Of a stretch of 64,000 nucleotides of DNA, positions 33,407 to 43,722 are shown one piece after another. The stretch's first letter is position 1, and every line of letters begins with the position of its first letter. Below the pieces are notes generated by a model. It saw only the letters and a list, made by a program, of their open reading frames with translations. It was not told the origin of the DNA and searched no databases. Source of the DNA: Anaerolineae bacterium (GTDB taxonomy: Bacteria > Chloroflexota > Anaerolineae > VGOG01); NCBI GenBank assembly GCA_034431315.1, contig DAOUDK010000004.1, positions 15,975 through 79,974 of the forward strand, given 5' to 3'. The translations under genes and the position numbers were made by a program.

Positions 33407-35191
33407 TTACCCCATGACAGGAGCCACGTAGATGATCAGGGTTAGGAGCGAGTCAACAGCGGCGTAGATGAAGTAGGCGACGAAGATGGATTGGCTGCGT
33501 GCGCGTTTCAGGTAGGCCCACGCCGCCCCCGCAGACAGGGCAGCCAGAAGCACTGGAACGATCCACCGCCCCAGGACAAGGCCCAGTAAGGGAGATAACA
33601 TAGAGACTAACGGAGACCGGCTCAACAGATCGGAGAGGAGGAAGATCTTGATTCCCAGTTGCAGGATCATGGCCACACCGAGGGCCCTGCGGCCGTGGGG
33701 GTCCGAGATCTCGGACTCCCGGGTAGTCAAAGCGAAAAGGATAAGCCATCCGAAGGGAATGATTACCCAATTCAAAACGATAGGTACAAAGAAGATAGCG
33801 GTGAAAAAGCTCATGACCGCGCCGAGGATTTTATCCACGACCTCGTAAGTGGTAACACGGTTGAGCGTCTCTTTGGCCTGGGATGAGGTGCTGGCATAGA
33901 CAACGTGGTAGCTCTGGAAACCGGCTGTGTCAAGCCATACCAGGTGAAGATTCCCCTGGCCGTCAATGGCCACGCTGGGCTGCACCGAAGCGCCACGGCT
34001 CTCATTGACGATTTCTTGCCCTTCGACCTGCTCTGCCCCCACGTCAATGGCCGCGATTTGGAGCGTCTCCAGGTTGCCTGGGCCGGCAACCTGGGTGAAG
34101 CAGACCAACACCTGGTATGCTGGCTGGCCCTCCAGGAATTGTGGCTGGCCTGTCAGGCTCGGGTCAACGCCCCGAACGTGAACTGCCTCACTCGTCACCT
34201 TAGGGGGCGAATAGTCGAACGTTGCCGTGCCTTCGGGCCGGCTCAAGGCGGGCTGGGGGAAAGCCTGGTAGAAAGTGAAATCTATGACCTCGCCCCGTTC
34301 GCGCACCTCCAGTACCCAGGCCAGGTAGACCGAACTCTCGTCCAGTCCCAGCCACGGCCCGTCGAACGCGGCGCCTGCCGTCGGTCTGCCAAGCAAGCTC
34401 ATCTGGATCAGGGGTTCGGTCGCCAAGATGTCTGGCCCCAGCGCCCGGCGCTGGGGATCGTAGACAGCGTAGTGGAAGTCGGGCTCGTCCGGCTCCAACT
34501 CTACTCTCCAGGCCAGGTGCACGAAACCCTGGCGGTCTATCTGGGCCGACGGTAGTAGACCGTCGGGGATCAGCATTTCTGCCGGGACAACGATCGTTCC
34601 CGACCAGTCCAGCGCAGCATGGTAGCAGCCGGGGCGGATGTAAACGTTATCAGACCAAAAGAGCTCTATGGTCTGGCCAGCAGGATTGAGCACCATCGAA
34701 CTGTGAGACACCCGCCGTTCGGGCGGCGAGAGAACGGTTGCTTCTTGGAGCACCTCGCCATCGGCCGACAGACGGGCGTAAAAGAGCTGCGTGCTTCGCT
34801 CCTGCCTGTCCAGCCAGGTAAGGTGCAGTTGGCCTGTGGTGTCCATTAGAAGTTGAGGCTTCATGGGGGAGTTGATGCGCAGGTCGAGGGGGGCCTGGAC
34901 GATCACCTCAGCCCGCTCGTTCAAGCGGGCAAAGTGCAGCTCATGCTCAGGCCCGACCCACACCATGAAGTTATTCCCTGCCTCGTCCACCTGCAAGGCC
35001 ACCTGGTTGTTCAGGATGGCTGTGCCCAGCAGCTTTCCGTTGCTCCACTGGTCCGAAGCGCGCGGCGTAGTAGTAGGGGTCAGCCCGCAGCCCGTGGCCA
35101 CCAGAGCCAGCAGGATCAGCGCCACCGCCGAGGCCAGGGGCAGTCGAAACCAGGTATTTCTACCTCGCGCCATTTGTCTCACTGTCGCCAC
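33407..35191 (-). CDS. Lipoprotein-like membrane protein with a beta-rich ectodomain and C-terminal TM helices
   Basis: LVATGC lipobox, repeated GxxHLxW blade-like motifs (GQLHLTW, GFVHLAW, GNLHLVW), about four C-terminal TMs. Confidence 0.7.
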   Translation of the reverse strand: MATVRQMARGRNTWFRLPLASAVALILLALVATGCGLTPTTTPRASDQWSNGKLLGTAILNNQVALQVDEAGNNFMVWVGPEHELHFARLNERAEVIVQAPLDLRINSPMKPQLLMDTTGQLHLTWLDRQERSTQLFYARLSADGEVLQEATVLSPPERRVSHSSMVLNPAGQTIELFWSDNVYIRPGCYHAALDWSGTIVVPAEMLIPDGLLPSAQIDRQGFVHLAWRVELEPDEPDFHYAVYDPQRRALGPDILATEPLIQMSLLGRPTAGAAFDGPWLGLDESSVYLAWVLEVRERGEVIDFTFYQAFPQPALSRPEGTATFDYSPPKVTSEAVHVRGVDPSLTGQPQFLEGQPAYQVLVCFTQVAGPGNLETLQIAAIDVGAEQVEGQEIVNESRGASVQPSVAIDGQGNLHLVWLDTAGFQSYHVVYASTSSQAKETLNRVTTYEVVDKILGAVMSFFTAIFFVPIVLNWVIIPFGWLILFALTTRESEISDPHGRRALGVAMILQLGIKIFLLSDLLSRSPLVSMLSPLLGLVLGRWIVPVLLAALSAGAAWAYLKRARSQSIFVAYFIYAAVDSLLTLIIYVAPVMG

Positions 35192-35278
35192 AATCCTACC
35201 TCCATTTATGCACAGGCGGAGAACGTAGTTCCCCGCCTGTGAAAAAGTATTATCGAGACTTCGAGCCCTACACGCTGC

Positions 35279-36274
35279 CTACGTGGTGCCCCGCATCTGC
35301 GGATCCAGCGCGTCGCGCAGGCCATCGCCCAGGAAGTTGAAAGTCAGCATTACCAGGGAGAGCGTCACTGCTGGGAAGACGAGCAGATGTGGGTTGGCCC
35401 TGATGGCTCGCCAGCCGTCGTTGATCATCTGGCCCCAACTGGGGAAGGGAGGCGGCACGCCCAGGCCGATGAAGCTCAGGATGGCCTCGTACATGATCAG
35501 CCCTGGCATGTTCAAAGTAAGGGTCACGATGATGGGTCCCAAACTATTGGGCAACATATGGCGGGCGATAATGGACACATCTCTGGCCCCGATCATGCGC
35601 GCTGCCTCTACGAATTCCTTCTCCCGAAGGGAGAGGAACTGTCCACGCACCAGGCGCGACATGCCCATCCAGCTCACCAGCCCAATGCCCAGTACCAGGT
35701 TGCGTATAGCCCCGAGGCCGGTCGTGGAACCGAGGATAACCATGATCAGGATGATGAAAAGCAAGGTGGGAAGACCATACAGGATGTCCACGAAGCGCAT
35801 CATCACAGTGTCCACGCGGCCGCCCAGATAGCCCGATATGGATCCATAGATCATGCCGAAGGTCATGATTGTCAGAGAGCAGAAAACGCCTACGGCCATA
35901 GATATGCGGCCGCCGTATACGATCCGACTGAACACATCGCGTCCATATTTGTCGGTGCCCATGATGTGCGGAAACCCACCCTCCTCTGTACGCTGCAGGC
36001 TGGGGCTGGTCCTGGTGTTGTAGAAATCGGTGTCCTGGTAGTCGTAAGGGGCCAACAGAGGTTGGCTCTCACGGCCCAGGGCCCAGGATATGAAGGCATC
36101 GTCGGCGAAGATGGCAAATACGATAACGATGATGAGGAAGATGCCACTTACGACGGCCGCTCTGTTGCGCAGCAGCCGCCGCCAGGCATCTCGCCACAGG
36201 CTCTCTGGCGGGCGTGTGAATTCCCATTCCGAAGCCCTTTTTCTACGCTCAGCTATCGCAACTGCTTCACTCAT
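35279..36274 (-). CDS. oppC: Oligopeptide ABC permease OppC
   Basis: MGTDKYGRD, EFVEAARMIGA, PSWGQM. Confidence 0.92.
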   Translation of the reverse strand: MSEAVAIAERRKRASEWEFTRPPESLWRDAWRRLLRNRAAVVSGIFLIIVIVFAIFADDAFISWALGRESQPLLAPYDYQDTDFYNTRTSPSLQRTEEGGFPHIMGTDKYGRDVFSRIVYGGRISMAVGVFCSLTIMTFGMIYGSISGYLGGRVDTVMMRFVDILYGLPTLLFIILIMVILGSTTGLGAIRNLVLGIGLVSWMGMSRLVRGQFLSLREKEFVEAARMIGARDVSIIARHMLPNSLGPIIVTLTLNMPGLIMYEAILSFIGLGVPPPFPSWGQMINDGWRAIRANPHLLVFPAVTLSLVMLTFNFLGDGLRDALDPQMRGTT

Positions 36275-36308
36275 AGTGTCTCCTTGAATTAGACTCAACC
36301 CACCTGTT

Positions 36309-36388
36309 TGTCATTGCGAGCGGAGCGAAGCAATCTCCAAGCGTGCTAGGGGATTGCTTCGGCGCAAACAGCGCGCCTCGCAATGACA
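36309..36388. repeat. GTCATTGCGAG...CTCGCAATGAC palindromic element, copy 2
   Basis: Same arms as 16807-16888, different central loop. Confidence 0.9.
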
Positions 36389-36419
36389 CCTGGCGTGAAA
36401 TCTAACATTGTCGAGGTAG

Positions 36420-37433
36420 TTAGTCAAAACGTATGCGCGGATCCAGGAAGGCGTAAGAGATGTCCACCAGGATATTCATGAACACCAGCAGCACGGCATA
36501 GACCAACATGGTGCCCATGATCAGCGTGTAGTCACGGTCGGCTATGCTGGAGACGAAGAAGCGCCCGATGCCGGGTATCGAAAAGACGTGCTCGATGATG
36601 AAAGAGCCCGTCAACCAGGCGGCCATGAGGGGGCCCAGAACTGTGGTCACAGGGATCAGCGAGTTCTTGAGGGTATGGCCAACGATCACCGCTCGCTCGC
36701 GCAGGCCCTTGGCTCGGGCGGTGCGGACGTAGTCCTGACGGATCACCTCCAACATGCTGGCCCGGGTCAGGCGGGCGATGATGGCCGACCCTCCAGAGCC
36801 CAGAGTGATGGCCGGCAGGATCATGTGGCTGAGCCAGTCACTGAAGTTTTTTGTGCCCCAGCGGGCCAGGGGCAGGGCTGGCAGATCGTGCTGGTTCAGC
36901 CAGAGCATGGACAGCATGAATATCAGCCCCAGCACAAAGTTGGGGATGGATACGCCCACCATGGCGAAGAACATGCCAACGTAGTCAACGATGGTGTTCT
37001 GTTTGAGAGCGGAGATGATGCCCAGAGGAATGCCTATGCCCACCGCTATGAGGGTGGCGAAAATGCCCAACTGGGCCGAGACCGAGACGGCCGATTTCAC
37101 TATTCCGCCATCGAACAGCACGTTGTTGATGGTGCGTCCCCGATATTTGTAGGAGGGACCCAAGTCACCTCCCAGCAGGCCGTGCTTTCCAAAATCTCGT
37201 ATGTTACCGGTGTCAACGATGTCGCCTATCATGTAGCGGATGTATTGCTTCCAGGTTGGCTCGTCGAGGTGATAGCGGGCCTCAAAGTTGGCCCGGATCT
37301 CCGGGGACATCGGCCGGCCCTCGGTGCTAAAGGGCCCCCCCGGCACCAGCTTCATGGCGCTAAAGACGACCACGGTAACCATCAATAAAACGGGCACCAT
37401 CCACATAAACCTTCTGATGATATAGGTAGTCAT
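36420..37433 (-). CDS. oppB: Oligopeptide ABC permease OppB
   Basis: PGGPF, DYVRTARAKGL, EHVFSIPGIG. Start at ATG 37433. Confidence 0.92.
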   Translation of the reverse strand: MTTYIIRRFMWMVPVLLMVTVVVFSAMKLVPGGPFSTEGRPMSPEIRANFEARYHLDEPTWKQYIRYMIGDIVDTGNIRDFGKHGLLGGDLGPSYKYRGRTINNVLFDGGIVKSAVSVSAQLGIFATLIAVGIGIPLGIISALKQNTIVDYVGMFFAMVGVSIPNFVLGLIFMLSMLWLNQHDLPALPLARWGTKNFSDWLSHMILPAITLGSGGSAIIARLTRASMLEVIRQDYVRTARAKGLRERAVIVGHTLKNSLIPVTTVLGPLMAAWLTGSFIIEHVFSIPGIGRFFVSSIADRDYTLIMGTMLVYAVLLVFMNILVDISYAFLDPRIRFD

Positions 37434-37480
37434 GTTTCTCCTTCTCCATTGGCTTCTGGGTGCTGGCAGACTCAGAGGAG

Positions 37481-37550
37481 CCAAAATTGCTCTGAGGGGA
37501 TTGCCAAATCCCCGCTTTTGGCCTGGATTTGGCAATCCAGGCCAAGCAAA
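37481..37550. repeat. 70-bp double-hairpin dispersed repeat, copy 2
   Basis: 62/70 identical to 11887-11956. Confidence 0.9.
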
Positions 37551-37569
37551 TCTGATAAACCAAGAATAA

Positions 37570-37614
37570 TAGCAAAAGAGCTATGTAGCTCTCACCCCGA
37601 GAGCTACATAGCTC
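37570..37614 (-). terminator. Intrinsic terminator/stabiliser after oppA
   Basis: Perfect stem GAGCTATGTAGCTCTC / GAGAGCTACATAGCTC followed by TTTT on the minus strand. Confidence 0.75.
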
Positions 37615-37626
37615 AGGGGTTCTAGC

Positions 37627-39447
37627 TTACTGCAGACTCCAGTGGTAGAGCGGGGGCGAGCCGAAAGGCGGATACTCGAAGTTGACACCCTCCTTGACCA
37701 GGGTGTTCCGTTCGTAGCCCATGATGGGGATGATCGCCACTTCATCCTCACACAGGATCTTATCGGCCTCAAAGTAGTAGGCCTCGCGCGCCTCGGTGTC
37801 GAACGAGGACCCGGCCAGATCCATCAACTCGTCGAACCGCTCGCTCTCCCAACCGGTGTACTGGAAGGTTGACGAGGGTGCGAAGACCACCTGGAGCTGG
37901 TTCTGGGGATCGCCATAGTCCATCACCCAACCCATGCGGTAGGCGTTGAACTCGCAGGCCGCCAGTTCTTCCTTGCTGTTGTTGCACTGATCGAGGTAGT
38001 CCAGGTAGACGGCCCACTCGTTGGTGCGAAGCTCCACGTTGATGCTCAGGTGCTCCGTCCACATGGCAGCCACGGCCTCAAGGATGTCCTCGTTGCCTCG
38101 GTTGAACCAGATCCTCAAAGTCGGGAAGCCCTCGCCGTCCGGGTACCCGGCCTCGGCCAGGTAGGCCTGGGCCGTCCCAGGATTGAAAGTGTGCCCGCAC
38201 TCGCCCCACGGCTGGTGGCCCAGGATCCTGGGCGGCGTGGTGCACGAGAGAGCGGTACGCCACGGTGTGTTCAGCACGTTGTCGATGATGACCTTGCGGT
38301 CAATGGCCGAGGCCAGGGCCTTCCGCACCAGCACGTTGTCCGTGGGCGGCGCCAGGACGTTCAGCCCAACGTAGTACACCCCAGGGCGCGGCAGGATACG
38401 GAGTTCCTTGCTGAGGACGGGGTCGGCCAGGATGCGCGGCATATCCTCGTTCGGATAGCCACCTTCGCCGGTGGTGTGGGTTTCATCGTTTTCGTAAAGA
38501 GCCAGCGAGGTGGCCTCCTCAACGATAATGGGGAAGGTGATCTTCTCGATCGCGACGGTGTCGGCATTCCAGTAGGTGGGGTTCTTCACCAGTCCCACTT
38601 CGGCCTCGTGATCCCAGTAATCCAGCAGGTAGGCGCCGTTGCTCACGTAGTTGCCCGCCTCGGTCCACTGGTCTCCGTACTGCTCAACGAGGTCCAGGCG
38701 GACGGGGTAGAAGGTGGAGAAGGGCAAGACGGTCTCGAAGTAAGGCGTGGGCGCCTTGAGGGTGACTTCAAAGGTGTAGTCGTCCGGGGCCTTGACACCC
38801 AACAACTCAGGATCGTCAATCTCACCCGTGTTGAACTCTTCCGCCCCCTCCATGTCGTACATCAGCCAGGCATACTCGGCCGCCGTCTCCGGCAGCATCA
38901 GGCGGACGACACCGTCAACGAAGTGCTGGGCGATGACGGGCACGCCGTCGGACCAGACAGCGTCCTTGCGCAGGTTGATGGTGTACACCAGACCGTCGTC
39001 GGAGACCGTGAAATCGGTGGCTCCTGCGGGCTGGATGGAGCCGTCGCCTCGGTACTCGAACAGGCCCTCGATGCACTGATGGATGATCATGTGCGAGGTG
39101 GTGTCGGTGGCCAACTGGATATCCAGCGTGGGCGGCTCAGTGCCGAGGGGGTACCAAAGCCCCTCTAGCTGCACCTTGGGCGGCACAGGCGTTGGGGGTA
39201 TGGGCGTGGCGGTGACCACCACTTCCACTTCCTTCTCTACTTCCTTGATCACCTCTTTCTCTACTTCCTTGATCACCTCTTTCTCGACGGGCACCTCCTT
39301 CTCGACTATCACCGTCTCGACGACCTTCACCTCGACGGGCACCTCCTTTATGACCTCCACCACCTCTGGCGGAGCGCAGGCCGGGAGTATCATGGCGGCT
39401 ATTGCCACCAGGGCGATCAAGGTCATCCACTTCTTGTTGCTAAACAT
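37627..39447 (-). CDS. oppA: Oligopeptide-binding lipoprotein OppA with a VIKEV repeat stalk
   Basis: Lipobox ILPAC; SBP family 5 motifs (EGLFEY, WSDGVPV, SNGAY). Confidence 0.92.
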   Translation of the reverse strand: MFSNKKWMTLIALVAIAAMILPACAPPEVVEVIKEVPVEVKVVETVIVEKEVPVEKEVIKEVEKEVIKEVEKEVEVVVTATPIPPTPVPPKVQLEGLWYPLGTEPPTLDIQLATDTTSHMIIHQCIEGLFEYRGDGSIQPAGATDFTVSDDGLVYTINLRKDAVWSDGVPVIAQHFVDGVVRLMLPETAAEYAWLMYDMEGAEEFNTGEIDDPELLGVKAPDDYTFEVTLKAPTPYFETVLPFSTFYPVRLDLVEQYGDQWTEAGNYVSNGAYLLDYWDHEAEVGLVKNPTYWNADTVAIEKITFPIIVEEATSLALYENDETHTTGEGGYPNEDMPRILADPVLSKELRILPRPGVYYVGLNVLAPPTDNVLVRKALASAIDRKVIIDNVLNTPWRTALSCTTPPRILGHQPWGECGHTFNPGTAQAYLAEAGYPDGEGFPTLRIWFNRGNEDILEAVAAMWTEHLSINVELRTNEWAVYLDYLDQCNNSKEELAACEFNAYRMGWVMDYGDPQNQLQVVFAPSSTFQYTGWESERFDELMDLAGSSFDTEAREAYYFEADKILCEDEVAIIPIMGYERNTLVKEGVNFEYPPFGSPPLYHWSLQ

Positions 39448-39865
39448 TTCTTTCCTCCTTTTAGTTTTTGTGTTGCGATAGGCAAATCAACCTGACGGCG
39501 GAGGGACCCTCCGCCTTTATCTTTTTATAGTCCCGTTTCACCACCCCCTTTCTTGATGTCTACTGTTGGAGATAACTTCTCTCCAGGAAACAGTTTGTTG
39601 GCTAAAGGTGCGCTAATTTCTCTTCCCACTAACTCGGAGATACTACTGCACCTGTTATACCCATAAAATGCGCGAAAGGTTCACTCTCGAGACAGCCTCT
39701 GTATTTTAGCAACAAAAGCCAGAAAAGTCAAATGCTGATTTTCACCGCTGACCAGGGTCTAGCTCAAGAGGCCAGTGGCTCGATAGTACTGCCCGGCCAA
39801 CATGGCGCGATGGCCTCGCTAGTTCTGGGCCATGCTTCAATGGTGAGAGTATCCTGGTTTGACCC

Positions 39866-40408
39866 CTAGCCACCATACATCTGCGCCCGCAGACGGGCCG
39901 AGAGACGGTAGACCAACACTGCCAGGGTCACCACTATTTCCAGAAACCACCAGACGATGGCCAGCGGCGTGAAGACGACCAGCCAGCGCCCGGAATGTAG
40001 ATAGTAGTGCGCATCAGGCGGCGAGACGACCCACCGCTCTTCCACCTGCTCGACGTAGTGCACGTGGCGCTTATAGGTGTCCATCTCGAAGTACAAGTAG
40101 GAGATGTAGCGATCACCGTGCTCCCACAGCATGACGAAGATCAGCTTGGGACTCGTCTTGAACGCCGCCAGCCGCCGCAATCCCTGCAGTTCGGCCAACA
40201 ACGCTCGATCATTGGTCTGCAGCGCGCCCTCCAACGCCCTTGCCACCGCGCCCGGCGTGTCATACCGTTCGGCGTAGGTGCCGGAGAAATAGGCTGGATC
40301 GTAGCGCCTGAGACCTTGCACCTGCACCACCAGCACAAACAGCCCCATCAGCACCAGTGGCAGCAGCGCCGCCGCCAGGACCCAGCGGAGATTAACGTAT
40401 GGCTTCAT
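39866..40408 (-). CDS. Hypothetical membrane protein (two TMs)
   Basis: 180-aa ORF from ATG 40408, N- and C-terminal hydrophobic segments. Confidence 0.6.
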   Translation of the reverse strand: MKPYVNLRWVLAAALLPLVLMGLFVLVVQVQGLRRYDPAYFSGTYAERYDTPGAVARALEGALQTNDRALLAELQGLRRLAAFKTSPKLIFVMLWEHGDRYISYLYFEMDTYKRHVHYVEQVEERWVVSPPDAHYYLHSGRWLVVFTPLAIVWWFLEIVVTLAVLVYRLSARLRAQMYGG

Positions 40409-40656
40409 TCCACCGATCTCCTCATTCTCTACCTTTTCCTGAGCCGCGGGTCGGCAACTTCGTGTAACCCTCTGGAGACGAAATGAATCTGGCCATTGGG
40501 TTTCCTTTGAGGTAGGAGTGCGGATGCAAGTCCGCTCCATAAACAGGCTTGCGCCGTTCGGCTGAGCTCACGGCCAAAGCCTGCACTCCCCCAAAACACA
40601 TACGCCCGACAGACCTTGCCGGGCGTGATAGATCAGGTAACTTCTCAACCGAACCG

Positions 40657-41649
40657 CTAAGCTTTATAGCACGCCACCATGTGGCCGCCTGTCTTGTCCT
40701 CCAGCGGCGGATGGTCGTTGTCCCGGCAGTAATTGTCGGCGATGAGGCAGCGTTCGTAGAAGCGGCATTGCGGCGGTGGGTTGACGGGCTTGGTGACACC
40801 ACCCTTGATCACCACCGGCTTTCGCGTAAAGGTCGGGTCTGGCACCGGCACGGCTGACAGCAACGCCTTGGTGTAGGGATGCTGGGAATGATGCAAGAGT
40901 TCTTCCGTCTCCGCCATCTCGACGAGCTTGCCCAGGTACATCACCGCGATCTTGTTGCACATATAGCGCGCGACGGCCAGGTCGTGGGTGATGTAAAGAT
41001 AGGTGACTTCTAATTTCTCACCCAGCTCTTGCATCAAATGCATCACACCGGTGCGGATCGACACATCCAGCATCGAGGTGGGCTCGTCGGCGACGACGAA
41101 CTGCGGATTCACCACCAGGGCGCGAGCGATGGCGACGCGCTGGCGCTGCCCGCCAGAGAGCTCGTGGGGATAGCGGAACAGAAAACTGGCGGCAGGCGTG
41201 AGGCCCACTATCTCCAAGAAGTGGGCCACCATCTCCTCTCTCTCCCTGACGGTCCCTATGCCCTGCACGTCCAGTGGCTCGGCGACGGTGTCATAAATGG
41301 TCAGGCGCGGATTCATGGACTCGTAGGGATCCTGGAAGATCATCTGGACGATTTGCCGGAATTCCTTCAGTCTCTTCCCCCGCAGCGAAGCGATGTCCAC
41401 CACCCCCTGGCCGGTGTCCAATTCGATGCTGCCTTCCGTGGGGTCAACTAGCCGGGTGATCAGTTTGCCGGTCGTGGTCTTGCCGCAACCGGACTCACCC
41501 ACCAACCCCACGCTCTCCCCATAGCGGATCTGCAGGTTCAACTGGCTCACGGCGTGTACAAAGACGTCAGCTCTGCGGAACACACCCGCCCCTACCGGGT
41601 ACAGCTTGGATAGATTCTTGATGTCAACCAGGACCTTGGTATCCTCCAT
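40657..41649 (-). CDS. oppF: Oligopeptide ABC ATPase OppF
   Basis: [18 protein letters not shown]-terminal Cys cluster (CRFYERC..C..C). Confidence 0.93.
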   Translation of the reverse strand: MEDTKVLVDIKNLSKLYPVGAGVFRRADVFVHAVSQLNLQIRYGESVGLVGESGCGKTTTGKLITRLVDPTEGSIELDTGQGVVDIASLRGKRLKEFRQIVQMIFQDPYESMNPRLTIYDTVAEPLDVQGIGTVREREEMVAHFLEIVGLTPAASFLFRYPHELSGGQRQRVAIARALVVNPQFVVADEPTSMLDVSIRTGVMHLMQELGEKLEVTYLYITHDLAVARYMCNKIAVMYLGKLVEMAETEELLHHSQHPYTKALLSAVPVPDPTFTRKPVVIKGGVTKPVNPPPQCRFYERCLIADNYCRDNDHPPLEDKTGGHMVACYKA

Positions 41650-42620
41650 TAGCCTTCTCCTCCCGGGTGCCAACAGGCTGCAAAGTGCCCGCCATCGTGG
41701 TCTTTGAACTCGGGGACCTCCTGGCTGCAGATCTCGGTGGCATAGAGACAGCGCGGGTGGAAGCGGCATCCCGGCGGCGGGTCAAGCAGGTCTGGCGGCT
41801 CGCCCGGCAACATCACCAACTCGGTCTTGGGGCCGACGATGCTGGGAAAGGCGGACATCAGCCCCATCGTGTAGGGATGGATGGGACGGTGAAAGATGGC
41901 TTCTGTTGACGCCAGTTCCACCAGGCGGCCGGCGTACATCACCCCCACGCGCTCGCTGACCTCGGCGATCACCGCGACGTCGTGCGAGATGTAGATCATG
42001 GCCATGTTCAACTTCTCCTGGATCTCGCGGATGCGCTTCAAAAGCGCATCTTGGACGATCACGTCCAACGCGGTAGTGGGCTCGTCGGCGATGATGAGGT
42101 CCGGATCGCAAGAGAGGGCCATGGCGATTATCGCGCGCTGGCGCATCCCACCGCTGTACTGGTGTGGATACTGATTCTTGAAGGCGGGATCCAGCCCGAC
42201 CAGCTCGAAGAGATGTTCCACTCGCTGGTCCATCTCCGCCTCGCTCAATTGCGGCATATGCTGCTGCATGGCCTCGAGAATCTGGTACTCGATTGTGTAC
42301 ACCGGATTGAGGGCGTTCATGGCGGCCTGGAACACCATCGAAATGTGGCGCCAACGGAACTTGCGCACCTGCGCATAGGATAGCGGCACCAGGTCGGTGG
42401 AGTTTAACAGAATCTGTCCGTCAATGATGTCGGCGTTGTCTGGAAGCAGCTTGAGCAGCGAGAGGGCGATGGAAGTCTTGCCGCATCCCGACTCGCCCAC
42501 CAACCCCACAGACTCGCCGCGGGCTACAGCAAAGCTCACATCATCCACTGCATAGACAGGACCTTTGCGGGTCATGTAGTGCATAGTCAGGTTTTTTACT
42601 TCAAGAACATTATCTGTCAT
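41649..42620 (-). CDS. oppD: Oligopeptide ABC ATPase OppD
   Basis: [25 protein letters not shown]. Confidence 0.93.
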   Translation of the reverse strand: MTDNVLEVKNLTMHYMTRKGPVYAVDDVSFAVARGESVGLVGESGCGKTSIALSLLKLLPDNADIIDGQILLNSTDLVPLSYAQVRKFRWRHISMVFQAAMNALNPVYTIEYQILEAMQQHMPQLSEAEMDQRVEHLFELVGLDPAFKNQYPHQYSGGMRQRAIIAMALSCDPDLIIADEPTTALDVIVQDALLKRIREIQEKLNMAMIYISHDVAVIAEVSERVGVMYAGRLVELASTEAIFHRPIHPYTMGLMSAFPSIVGPKTELVMLPGEPPDLLDPPPGCRFHPRCLYATEICSQEVPEFKDHDGGHFAACWHPGGEG

Positions 42621-42636
42621 TACTAGCCTCTGTAAC

Positions 42637-42669
42637 AGAAACCAGGTTTTTCCTAAAAACCTGGTTTCT
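42637..42669. repeat. REP-like hairpin AGAAACCAGGTTTTT-CCT-AAAAACCTGGTTTCT
   Basis: Perfect 15-bp stem between oppC and oppD. Confidence 0.8.
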
Positions 42670-42679
42670 TTATTGAGAT

Positions 42680-43678
42680 CTAACGTCGGCGCAACCTGGG
42701 GTTCACCACCTCGTCCAGGGCGCGGCCCGTCAGATAGAACGCCGAGCACAGCAGGGTGATGGCCAGGCTGGCCGGAAACAGCAGCCACCAGGTGTCAAAG
42801 CGCAGAATGTATCCAAACACCTGCGTGGTGTTGATCATGAGCCCCCAGCTCATCTGGATGGTCGTCAGCCCAAAGAAGGAGAGTATGGCCTCGATAAAGA
42901 TCGCGTTGGTGACGACGAACATCATGTAAAGCAAGGAGATGGGCAACAGGTTGGGGAGCATATGCTTGCGGATGATGTGGGCATGGCCGCCGCCGGCGAT
43001 GCGCGCCGCCTCGATGTACGGCTTGACCTTGATCGTCAATGCCTGGGACTTGATGACGATCGTCGTGCCGCCAAAGCCGGACAGTAGCCCGATGACGAGC
43101 GCCAGTTGGATCATGCCCACGTCCATCAGGGCGCCGAGGACGATCAGGATGGGTAAAAAAGGCACCATGATTACCAGGTCGGCCAGCCGCATAAAGAATG
43201 TGTCCACGAGCCCGCCATAATAGGCCGACACCGCTCCGATGGTGGTGGCGATCACCACGGTCACCACCGCCGAGAGGATGCCCAAAACGAACTCAAAGCG
43301 GGTGCTATACATAAGTTGGCCGAGCACGTCCCGGCCCAGCGGGTCCGTGCCCAGCAGGTGGCGCGACGACGGCGGAGCCGGATGGTAAGCGATCTCCAGA
43401 TCAAAACCGTTGACGGGGTCGTAAACGCGGCGTTGCCAGACCGGTTTTTCCACCAGGCCGAACGTCACCTTGTCCGTGCTCATCAGGATGGGGTGGGCCA
43501 GGGCGAACAGGCCAAAAAAGAGGATCACCCCCAGCCCGACCAACCCGACGGGGTTCTCGGCGAACAGCGCAAAATTGGTGCGCAGCGATTTGCCCCACAG
43601 ACTCAGCCGTACACGCCACAGAGGAATATAGATAGCCTCTGTCGGGGTCGCAGCTTCGGGCCGCGTTACTTCTGTCAT
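42680..43678 (-). CDS. oppC: Opp/Dpp permease C
   Basis: LGTDPLGRD, YIEAARIAG, MSWGLM. Confidence 0.92.
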   Translation of the reverse strand: MTEVTRPEAATPTEAIYIPLWRVRLSLWGKSLRTNFALFAENPVGLVGLGVILFFGLFALAHPILMSTDKVTFGLVEKPVWQRRVYDPVNGFDLEIAYHPAPPSSRHLLGTDPLGRDVLGQLMYSTRFEFVLGILSAVVTVVIATTIGAVSAYYGGLVDTFFMRLADLVIMVPFLPILIVLGALMDVGMIQLALVIGLLSGFGGTTIVIKSQALTIKVKPYIEAARIAGGGHAHIIRKHMLPNLLPISLLYMMFVVTNAIFIEAILSFFGLTTIQMSWGLMINTTQVFGYILRFDTWWLLFPASLAITLLCSAFYLTGRALDEVVNPRLRRR

Positions 43679-43722
43679 ACTCTACTCCTGTTTTGCCGTA
43701 TGAGGCCGGGATCTGATGATCC

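Noticed and set aside
39660-39690. Shared ECF promoter (TGAACC) between the sigma gene and the oppA leaders
   Set aside because: The spacing to the putative -10 differs among the three sites and one lacks GAACC, so it is too weak to call.
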